Assembly (NCBI GenBank): GCA_963744995.1
Contig: CAVUWA010000010.1
Coordinates: 512,001 to 576,000, forward strand
Length of the DNA stretch: 64,000 nucleotides
Direction of reading: 5' to 3'
Source of the DNA: Candidatus Eiseniibacteriota bacterium
GTDB lineage: Bacteria > Eisenbacteria > RBG-16-71-46
Shown in pieces: positions 20,606 through 28,261 of the stretch (position 1 is the stretch's first letter; every line of letters starts with the position of its first letter). The position numbers and the translations under genes were made by a program. Under the pieces are notes generated by a model. It was not told where the DNA came from and searched no databases. It was given only the letters and a program-made list of their open reading frames with translations.

Positions 20606-22917
20606 GCCGCCACCGCCTCGTCGCGGGCGAGCACGCGCCCGAGCGCGTCCACGACCTGTGGATCGAACTGCCCGCCGGCGTGGCGCCTCAACTCCTCGAC
20701 CGCCTCGCCGCGCGAGCGCGCCGTGCGATACGGACGGCCGCGTACCATGCTGTCGTAGGCGTCGGTGACCGCGAGGATCCGCGCGCCGAGTGGAATGGCC
20801 TCGCCCGCGAGCCCGCGCGGGTAACCCGTCCCGTCCCAGTTCTCGTGATGGCTGAGGATCACCTCGCGCACCGAGCCCAGGTATTCGAGCGGGCGCAGGA
20901 TCTCGATGCTCACCGCCGGGTGCGACTGCATCTGCTGCCGCTGCGCCGCCTCGAGCGGCCGGGAATGGGCGACCGTACCCGGCATCGTCGTCATGCCGAC
21001 GTCGTGAATGCTGGCCACGTAGCCGATGACATCGATCTCGGATTCGCTCATCTGCAGCTCGCGCGCGACCGCACGCACCAGCCGCACCAGATCCTGGCCG
21101 CCGAGCAGGCTGTCGCGACGCAGGCGCGTGATGCTGCGCACCGCTTCGATCGCCTCGCGCACGAGCCGATCGCTCTCGGGGTGCGAGCCGGCGCGCTCGA
21201 TCGCGCTGCCGATCCGTTCGACGAGAACGCTGAGCACCGACAGGTCGTCCTCGTCGAACGGCTCCCCGGTCCCCTTGTTGTTCACGTTGAGTACGCCGAG
21301 CACCTCGCCTTCGACTCGCAGCGGCACGCAGAGCAGCGACTTGGTGCTGTACTGAGGGTGATTCAGGCGGCGGAAGCGCGGGTCGGTCTCGATGTTGTTG
21401 ACGAGCAGCGGCCGGCCCCACGCCGCCACCGTACCGGCGACGCCCGAGCGCACCGTGGTGCGGCGGCCGAGCAGGTTCTGCCCTTCGAGTCCGCGCGAAG
21501 CGGCGATGAACAGGTCGCCGCGATCCGGGTCCACGAACATCAGCGAGACGATCTCCGCCTGCATCGCGGCCGCGACCATCCCGGCGGTCTGATCGAACAG
21601 CTCGCGCACGTCGTCCCGGCTCCATACCTGCCGCGCGATGCGCCGTGCGCGCGGGGAGGCCAGCTGGCGCACCGGAAGCTCGAAGCAGAAACGGCTGCCG
21701 TGCGGCTCCACCGGCTCCACCCAGATCCGGCCGCCGTGCAGTTCGACGATGCCGCGCGAGATCGCCAGGCCGAGCCCGGTTCCGTCGGTGTCCGATTCAC
21801 CGGCCTGCCGGGTCCGGAAGAAGCGCTCGAACACGTGCGGCAGCTCGTCCGCGGGGATGCCCGGGCCCTCGTCCTCCACGCTGCCGACCCAGACCTCGCC
21901 GCGGTCGTGACCGACCACCCGGACGCGGCTCGACGGCGGCGAGAACTTGATCGCGTTGCCGATCAGGTTCACCAGCAGACGGCGCACCAGGTCGCGATCG
22001 GCCTCGGGCGTAAGGTCGCCGGGAACGTCGACCTGCACGTCGATCTGACGGCCGCTGGACGCCGGCGCCAGCGACTCCAGCGTCTCCCCCACCAGCTCGG
22101 CGAGCTTGAAGCGCGCGAGGCGCAGCGGGCGTTGCCCGGCCTCGAGCTTCGACAGGTCGAGGATGTCGGTCACGAGCCGCGTGAGCCGGTCGCACTCGTC
22201 GTTGATGATGCCGAGAAAGCGCTCGCGCGGTGCACGGTCGTTCTTGAGGTTGTCGAGCAGCGCCTCGGTGTAGGCCTTGATCGCGGTGAGCGGCGTGCGG
22301 ATCTCGTGCGCGACCACCGACATCAGGTTCGAGGACGCCTCCTCCTCGTGCGCGCGATCGCGATCGAGCTGATCCTTGCCGCGCCGTACCCGGTCGAGAT
22401 CACGGTTCAGCCGGTCGCGTTCGAGCGCGAAGCCGAGCGTATCGCCGAGCGCCTGCAGGAACATGCGGTCCGCAGGGTCGAATTCACGCGGCTCCGCGAA
22501 TGCGATCAGCAGCACCCCCTGCAGCGCCCCGCCGACTTCGAGCGTGATCGCCGCCAGCGCACGCGGCGCTTCGGCCCACAGAGCGCGCTCCATGGGCGTC
22601 TCGGACGCCGGCGCCGGCTCGTAGACGCTGGCCTCGCCGCGCACGGCCCGCTCGACCGGACCGCCGGCGTCGGCCAGGTAGGGTGTCTCGGCGCCCGAGG
22701 CTTCGATCGAGCGCAGCGAGCCGCTGCGGAGGTCCACGCGCACGACCCGGTAGTCGAGCCCGTCGAGCCCGTGGACCGCGCATGCGCCGACGATCGAGCA
22801 GGCCGTTCCCAGATCGTCCGTGCTGCGTGCGGCGAGCAGAGCCTGCGCGAGCATCGGCAGGCGGTCGAGGTGTCCGGCCGTCCCCGCGACGTTCGTGGCA
22901 TGAGGCTCGGTGTGCAT
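20602..22917 (-). CDS. GAF - histidine kinase - GAF - HD-GYP fusion protein (paralog 1)
   Basis: AHEIRTPLT, NAIKFS, DEGPGI, GTGLGLAI; GVAGTV..SLLCVPL GAF; IHDVGM, HHENWDGTGYP, DAYDSM, RPYR. Confidence 0.88.
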   Translation of the reverse strand: MHTEPHATNVAGTAGHLDRLPMLAQALLAARSTDDLGTACSIVGACAVHGLDGLDYRVVRVDLRSGSLRSIEASGAETPYLADAGGPVERAVRGEASVYEPAPASETPMERALWAEAPRALAAITLEVGGALQGVLLIAFAEPREFDPADRMFLQALGDTLGFALERDRLNRDLDRVRRGKDQLDRDRAHEEEASSNLMSVVAHEIRTPLTAIKAYTEALLDNLKNDRAPRERFLGIINDECDRLTRLVTDILDLSKLEAGQRPLRLARFKLAELVGETLESLAPASSGRQIDVQVDVPGDLTPEADRDLVRRLLVNLIGNAIKFSPPSSRVRVVGHDRGEVWVGSVEDEGPGIPADELPHVFERFFRTRQAGESDTDGTGLGLAISRGIVELHGGRIWVEPVEPHGSRFCFELPVRQLASPRARRIARQVWSRDDVRELFDQTAGMVAAAMQAEIVSLMFVDPDRGDLFIAASRGLEGQNLLGRRTTVRSGVAGTVAAWGRPLLVNNIETDPRFRRLNHPQYSTKSLLCVPLRVEGEVLGVLNVNNKGTGEPFDEDDLSVLSVLVERIGSAIERAGSHPESDRLVREAIEAVRSITRLRRDSLLGGQDLVRLVRAVARELQMSESEIDVIGYVASIHDVGMTTMPGTVAHSRPLEAAQRQQMQSHPAVSIEILRPLEYLGSVREVILSHHENWDGTGYPRGLAGEAIPLGARILAVTDAYDSMVRGRPYRTARSRGEAVEELRRHAGGQFDPQVVDALGRVLARDEAVAA

Positions 22918-22930
22918 GCGGCTCTCCGGA

Positions 22931-23908
22931 TCAGGCGGCGGACTGGTCTTCGGCCGCCTCATCGCCGAGGGGGTTGCGGCGCTCGCCCACCAGCACGCTG
23001 CCGGCGATCCCTTTGCCCAGCGCCTTGAGCTCCTGCGCGACGTCCGTGAGGTGCGCCAGGTGCTGGACCTTCACCCGGTCGGTGCGGACCAGCGCGACCG
23101 TCAGGCTCATGAGCGGAAAACGGTCCACGGTGTGCTGCCGGTTGAGCACCTGCACGCAGCCGCTCTTCAGATCTCCCGCGTCGTAGAGGGTCGGCACGAG
23201 CGCGTCGAACCGCGCGAGCACGTCGCGGCCCATGGCCTCGGCATGCTCGGTGCCCGTGATCACCACGAAGTCGTCGCCGCCGATGTGGCCCACGAACGTG
23301 CGGTGGTCGTCGCGCTCACGCGCGGCGTCCACGAGCAGGCGCGCGACCGCCTGGATGGCCTGGTCGCCGCGGGTGTAGCCGTAGCGGTCGTTGAATGCCT
23401 TGAAGAAGTCGATGTCGATCTGCATGAACGCGAACGGCATGTCCGCGGCGAGCCGCCTGGAAAGTTCCTCGTCGATGCTGAGGTTGCCGGGCAGCCCGGT
23501 GAGCGGGCTCGCGGCGCGTTGCTGGCGGCTCCACTCCAGCGCGTTGCGTACGCGCACCACGAGCTCCTCGCGCTCCCACGGCTTCGTCACGTAGTCGTTC
23601 GCGCCGCCCTCGAGCCCGATCACCTTGTCGGCGGGGGTGCTCTTGGCGGTCAGCATGATGATCGGCACGTGACGGGTGAGGTAGGAGGCGCGCAGCTGGC
23701 GGCACGCTTCGTACCCGTCCATGCGCGGCATCATCACGTCGAGGAGGATCAGATCGGGCGGGTCGGTGGTGGCGAGCTCCAGCGCCTCCTGTCCATCCTG
23801 CGTTTCGCGCACGTCGAAGCCGGCGTTCTCGAGTTGAAAACGCAGAATCTCACGAAGATGCGGTTCATCTTCGGCGATGATGAGCCTGGCCTTGGTCACG
23901 GGTGCCAC
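22931..23908 (-). CDS. Response regulator receiver + GGDEF domain protein
   Basis: IAEDE, LDVMMPRMDG, TKPW; SPLTGLPGN, DIDFFKAFNDRYG, GHIGGDDF. Confidence 0.9.
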   Translation of the reverse strand: MAPVTKARLIIAEDEPHLREILRFQLENAGFDVRETQDGQEALELATTDPPDLILLDVMMPRMDGYEACRQLRASYLTRHVPIIMLTAKSTPADKVIGLEGGANDYVTKPWEREELVVRVRNALEWSRQQRAASPLTGLPGNLSIDEELSRRLAADMPFAFMQIDIDFFKAFNDRYGYTRGDQAIQAVARLLVDAARERDDHRTFVGHIGGDDFVVITGTEHAEAMGRDVLARFDALVPTLYDAGDLKSGCVQVLNRQHTVDRFPLMSLTVALVRTDRVKVQHLAHLTDVAQELKALGKGIAGSVLVGERRNPLGDEAAEDQSAA

Positions 23909-23963
23909 GGCCTCCGGGGGTTCCGTTCAGTCCACTGCCGCACAATGGGTTCCACCCTGCGAA

Positions 23964-23979
23964 CGCAATCCATGTGCCA
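23964..23979 (-). promoter_or_regulatory. Sigma-54 (-24/-12) promoter
   Basis: Minus strand TGGCAC-ATGGA-TTGCG matches TGGCAC-N5-TTGC exactly; about 55 bp upstream of the REC-GGDEF start. Confidence 0.75.
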
Positions 23980-24143
23980 TCCGGCCCACGCGCGCCGGGG
24001 TGGACCGGGGGTGCGAATTCGCTTGGAATTACCGGGGAAATATCGGGTTGCGCCACAGGGCCAAACCGCACGGCCGCGACCGGGCAGGTTGCACTTCGCA
24101 ATCTCGACCCTCGAAACGGCGGATTTTGCCCGCAGGCGCCGCG

Positions 24144-25211
24144 TCAGCGCGGGAGCCAGCCGGAGGCCTCGAGCGAGGCCACGGCGTCGAGCTCCGGGTC
24201 CGACACCTCGCCGCGTGCGAGGCGGCGGGCGCCGAGGTAGGCGACCATCGCCGCGTTGTCGGCGCACAGTCGTGGCGAGGGAATCTGCAGACCCCCTCCC
24301 GCGCGCTCGCACAGCCGCGCGAGACGCTCGCGCAGCTCGCGATTGCAGGCGACTCCGCCACCGAGGACGAGCGTGCGGGCCCGTGTCTGGCGCAGCGCGC
24401 GTTCGACCCTGGCGCACAACGTGTCCACCACCGCCGCCTGGAACGAGGCGGCGACGTCGGCGGTCAGGGCTTCCGGATAGGGCGCCGTGCCGTGCGGCGC
24501 GAGCGCGAGGGCCACGGCCGTCTTGAGTCCCGAGAACGAGAAGTCGAGTCCCGGTCGGTCGAGCATCGGGCGCGGGAAGTCGAACGCGTCGCGGCGGCCG
24601 CTGGCCGCGAGCCGGTCGATCACCGGTCCGCCCGGGAAACCCAGGCCCATCAGCTTCGCCACCTTGTCGTAGGCCTCGCCCGCCGCGTCGTCGCGCGTGC
24701 TGCCGAGCCAGCGGTAGGCGCCGAGTCCGCGCACCTCCACCAGCTCGGTATGGCCACCGGAGACGATCAGCGCGACGGCGGGATACGCAGGCTCGCCGTG
24801 CTCGAGGCCCGCGGCGTGCAGGTGCGCCTCGATGTGGTCCACGCCGATCACCGGCCGGTCGAGCGCGAGGCCGAGCGCCTTGGCGAACGACACGCCGACC
24901 ACGAGCGAGCCGATGAGGCCCGGCGCGCGCGTGACCGCGATGGCGCTGATGTCGCGCGCACTCACCGCGGCCTCGTCGAGCGCGCGGTCCACCATGCGCG
25001 GCAGCAATTCGAGATGCGCGCGCGAGGCCAGCTCCGGCACCACCCCCCCGTAGAGCCGGTGCACGTCCTGCGCCGCGATCAGGTGGGCGCGCAGCGTGCG
25101 CCCGCGCTCGAGCACCGCGACCGACGTGTCGTCGCACGACGTCTCGATGCCGAGCACGAGTCGTGCGACGTCCGGCTCGAGCGCCGGGGGGCCGGACCGC
25201 GCGGCGCTCAT
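24144..25211 (-). CDS. tsaD: tRNA threonylcarbamoyltransferase TsaD
   Basis: LGIETSCDDT, GGVVPELASRAH, HIEAH, VSGGHT, DDAAGEAYDKVA, DFSFSGLKT, DNAAMV. Confidence 0.96.
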   Translation of the reverse strand: MSAARSGPPALEPDVARLVLGIETSCDDTSVAVLERGRTLRAHLIAAQDVHRLYGGVVPELASRAHLELLPRMVDRALDEAAVSARDISAIAVTRAPGLIGSLVVGVSFAKALGLALDRPVIGVDHIEAHLHAAGLEHGEPAYPAVALIVSGGHTELVEVRGLGAYRWLGSTRDDAAGEAYDKVAKLMGLGFPGGPVIDRLAASGRRDAFDFPRPMLDRPGLDFSFSGLKTAVALALAPHGTAPYPEALTADVAASFQAAVVDTLCARVERALRQTRARTLVLGGGVACNRELRERLARLCERAGGGLQIPSPRLCADNAAMVAYLGARRLARGEVSDPELDAVASLEASGWLPR

Positions 25212-25537
25212 GCGTCCTCCGGCGACAGCGCCGTCTCCAGCCACTCGAGGTACTTCGGCGCGCCCGCCGCCATGCGCACGGCGATGCACTCGGGCACCTC
25301 GTAGGGATGCAGCTCGTGGAGCCGCGACAGCAGCGCCGTCCAATCCTGCTTGCGCGCCTTCATGATCGCCAGCACCTCGCGTGCGTCGGCGACCTCGCCC
25401 TCCCAGCGATAGAGGCTGCGCACGCCGGGCACCAGGTTCGCGCACCCGATCAGACGCTCCTCGACCAGCACCCGGGTGACGCGGGCGGCGTCCTCTTCGC
25501 TGGCGAACGTGGAATAGACGATCAACAGGTCGGTCAT
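25208..25537 (-). CDS. cutA: Divalent-cation tolerance protein CutA
   Basis: LVEERLIGCAN, SLYRWEG, HPYEVPE, YLEWL; ATGA overlap with tsaD. Confidence 0.92.
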   Translation of the reverse strand: MTDLLIVYSTFASEEDAARVTRVLVEERLIGCANLVPGVRSLYRWEGEVADAREVLAIMKARKQDWTALLSRLHELHPYEVPECIAVRMAAGAPKYLEWLETALSPEDA

Positions 25538-25589
25538 GGGTTCTCCGTGGCGGGAGGCGATTCTAGCGGCGCGCGCTGCGCATCGCGAG

Positions 25590-25783
25590 CCCCGCGCAAG
25601 CCGCCGGCGGTGGCCGCGCCCCGGGCGAGGCCCTGCCGGGGGGTCGCACGGCCGCGCCGGAGAGCCATGGATGGCGGGCGCGGCCGCTGCACAAACGAGG
25701 CTCGGCCAGGATGGCCGGGCCGAAGTGTCCCCCCGGCAGGGAGCTCGCCCGGGGCGCGGCCACCGCCGGCGGCTTGCGCGGGG
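25590..25783. repeat. Long inverted repeat (arms ~54 bp, spacer ~85 bp), MITE/REPIN-like or structured RNA
   Basis: 25590-25643 CCCCGCGCAAGCCGCCGGCGGTGGCCGCGCCCCGGGCGAG(G)CCCTGCCGGGGGG is the reverse complement of 25729-25783 except for one G versus CT discrepancy. Confidence 0.85.
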
Positions 25784-25859
25784 GTGGGCCATCGGGGAGA
25801 TTTCACGCCCCGGAGGGGCCTCGGGCCCGCGGATCCCGGAGACAAGGAGTGCAACCCCC

Positions 25860-26915
25860 GTGGCGCGGCGAACGAAACGCGGAAAACGGACTCCCCCCGT
25901 CAGGCGCTTCCGCTGGAGCCGCTCCAGCGACGAGCTGCTGCTCGGCCTGCGCATGTCGGATCTCGGCGTGCGGCTCGAGACCTCTTGGATGATGAAGGTG
26001 GTCAAGGAGCTCTTCCGCGAGCTCGACCGGCGCAACGTGCGGATCAGGCCGCACCTCTGGGTGTCGCACGACTTCTTTTCGCCCGAGGGCATCCCCGGCA
26101 TCGCCGTGCCGTTCTACCTCATGCATCCGCGGCTGATGCGCCTCGAGCGGAGCCAGATGCTTGAGGTCGAAGGCGGCTCGCGCGACGAGTGCCTGCGCAT
26201 CCTGCGTCACGAGTGCGGCCACGCCGTGCAGCACGCCTATCAGCTGCAGCGGCGGCGCAGCTGGCAGCGTCTGTTCGGCAGCGCGACGCGGCGCTATCCC
26301 GACTACTACCGGCCCAATCCGTCGAGTCGTCGCTTCGTCCAGCACCTGCGCCTCTACTACGCCCAGAGTCACCCGGTCGAGGATTTCGCCGAGACCTTCG
26401 CGGTGTGGCTGCAGCCGCGCGCCGCGTGGCGCAAGCGCTACGAAGGCTGGCCCGCGCTCAAGAAGCTCGAGTTCGTGGACGAGCTGATGGCCGAGCTCGC
26501 GGAACAGCGGCCGCCGGCGGTCAGCCGTGCGGTCGTCGACCCCGTGCATCGCCTGCGCACGACCCTGCGCGAGTACTACGACGAGAAGCACGAGCGCTAC
26601 GCCACGACCCACACGGACATCTACGACCGCGACCTCCGGCGCCTGTTCTCGGACGATCCGAAGCATGTCCGGCGCGAGCTGGCCTCACGCTTCCTGCGCC
26701 GCAACCGGGTCGAGATCCGCCGCCTCGTCGCGCGCTGGACCGGCGAGTACCAGTTCACGCTCGATCAGGTGCTCAACGACATGATCGGCCGCTGTCGCGA
26801 GCTGCGCCTGCGGGTGGTGGGCGCCGAGCGCGAGTCGCGAATCGAATTCGCCGTCCTGCTCACCGTGAAGACGATGCACCTCCACTACAGCAGCCGGAAC
26901 TGGATCGCGCTGTGA
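25860..26915 (+). CDS. Putative zinc-binding metallopeptidase
   Basis: LRHECGHA (HExxH), YAQSHPVEDFAETFAVWL, ALKKLEFVDELM; AAGGAG then GTG 25860. Confidence 0.78.
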   Translation: MARRTKRGKRTPPVRRFRWSRSSDELLLGLRMSDLGVRLETSWMMKVVKELFRELDRRNVRIRPHLWVSHDFFSPEGIPGIAVPFYLMHPRLMRLERSQMLEVEGGSRDECLRILRHECGHAVQHAYQLQRRRSWQRLFGSATRRYPDYYRPNPSSRRFVQHLRLYYAQSHPVEDFAETFAVWLQPRAAWRKRYEGWPALKKLEFVDELMAELAEQRPPAVSRAVVDPVHRLRTTLREYYDEKHERYATTHTDIYDRDLRRLFSDDPKHVRRELASRFLRRNRVEIRRLVARWTGEYQFTLDQVLNDMIGRCRELRLRVVGAERESRIEFAVLLTVKTMHLHYSSRNWIAL

Positions 26916-26953
26916 GACGCGCGGGTGCGGCGCCGGGCACGGGAGGGCGCGCC

Positions 26954-27976
26954 GTGAAACGACTGCGCGTGCTCGTGCTGATGCACCCCTCGCTGGTCCC
27001 ACCGGACAGCATGAAGGGCTACAGCGAGAAGGAGTCGTACGCTTGGAAGACCGAGTTCGACGTGGTCTCGACGCTGCGGCGCATGCGTCACGAGGTGCGC
27101 CCGCTCGGCGTGCAGGACGAACTCCTGCCGATCCGCGACGCGGTCGAGGAGTGGAAGCCCCACGTGGTGTTCAACCTGCTCGAGGAATTCCACGGCATCA
27201 GCGAGTTCGACAGCCACGTGGTGAGCTACCTCGAACTGCTCCGGGTGCCCTACACCGGCTGCAATCCGCGCGGGCTGATGATCGCCCGCGGCAAGGCGCT
27301 GTCGAAGAAGCTGGTGCACTACCATCGCATTCACGTGCCTTCGTTCACCGTGGTTCCGCGCGGCCAGAAGGTGCGCCGGCCACGCTCCATGGAATTTCCG
27401 CTGATCGTGAAGAGCCTGACCGAGGAGGCCTCGCTCGGCATTTCGCAGGCATCGGTGGTCGAGAACGACGAACGGCTCGAGGAACGCGTGCGCTTCATCC
27501 ACGAGAGCGTCGAATCGGACGCGATCGTCGAGCAGTTCATCGAGGGCCGCGAGCTGTACGTCGGCGTGATCGGCAACCGCCGGCTTCAGGTCCTGCCGGT
27601 CTGGGAGCTGCGCTTCGAGAACCTCGCCGCCGGCAGCGCGGCGATCGCGACCGCGCGCGTCAAGCACGATCCCGACTACCAGGAGAAGCGCGGCATCTTC
27701 CAGCAGCCGGCCGAGGGCCTCGACGAGGCGCAGATCGCCTCGATCCAGCGCACCACGAAGCGGATCTACCGCACCCTCGAGCTCGACGGCTACGCGCGCA
27801 TCGACTACCGGCTGAGCGAGGACGGTACGCTGTACTTCCTCGAGGCCAACCCGAACCCCGACATCGCCACCACCAACGAGTTCGCCTCCGCCGCCGATGA
27901 GGCCGGCATGAAGTACCGCGACCTGCTCCGCAGGATCGTCAACCTCGCCCTGCAGCGCTCCCGCCGCGCCCCCTGA
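26954..27976 (+). CDS. D-Ala-D-Ala ligase-like ATP-grasp enzyme
   Basis: VFNLLE, VPYTG, FPLIVKS..ASLGIS, VEQFIEGRELYV, YARIDYR, LEANPNP; lacks the N-terminal GGxSxE of true Ddl. Confidence 0.82.
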   Translation: MKRLRVLVLMHPSLVPPDSMKGYSEKESYAWKTEFDVVSTLRRMRHEVRPLGVQDELLPIRDAVEEWKPHVVFNLLEEFHGISEFDSHVVSYLELLRVPYTGCNPRGLMIARGKALSKKLVHYHRIHVPSFTVVPRGQKVRRPRSMEFPLIVKSLTEEASLGISQASVVENDERLEERVRFIHESVESDAIVEQFIEGRELYVGVIGNRRLQVLPVWELRFENLAAGSAAIATARVKHDPDYQEKRGIFQQPAEGLDEAQIASIQRTTKRIYRTLELDGYARIDYRLSEDGTLYFLEANPNPDIATTNEFASAADEAGMKYRDLLRRIVNLALQRSRRAP

Positions 27977-28174
27977 GCGGGCCGCGTCCCCCGCGCGCCA
28001 TGCGCCGCGCCCCCTGCCGGGCGCTCGCCGCGGTTCTGCCAGCCTGACAGCAACGGCCGCGCATCTGTCGCACCGGCAGCGGCCGGAGCACCGCGCCCGT
28101 CTCCGACCGGCCTCCCAGCGACAAGGGGCCCAACGCGTTCCCGGGGCGACCCTGGCCGCGTCAGGAATTCGTCA

Positions 28175-28197
28175 AGCGGGCACGACTGATGCTGCGC
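28175..28197 (+). promoter_or_regulatory. Sigma-54-like upstream motif of the multiheme cytochrome (copy 1)
   Basis: AGCGGGCACGACTGATGCTGCGC; GG-N10-GC spacing with GGCACG; 19/23 identical to 51766-51788. Confidence 0.55.
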
Positions 28198-28261
28198 TCA
28201 TGCTGCGCAGGCCGTTTGCCTCCTTTCATCCCACATCCTCGTCAGCACCGCGGAGGTTTCC

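Noticed and set aside
20606..21625. N-terminal 340 aa of the 1243-aa ORF, suggesting a giant protein or frameshift fusion
   Set aside because: It is an Arg/Gly-rich alternate-frame reading of the upstream paralog; the ATG at 20605 overlaps that gene's stop in normal ATGA coupling.
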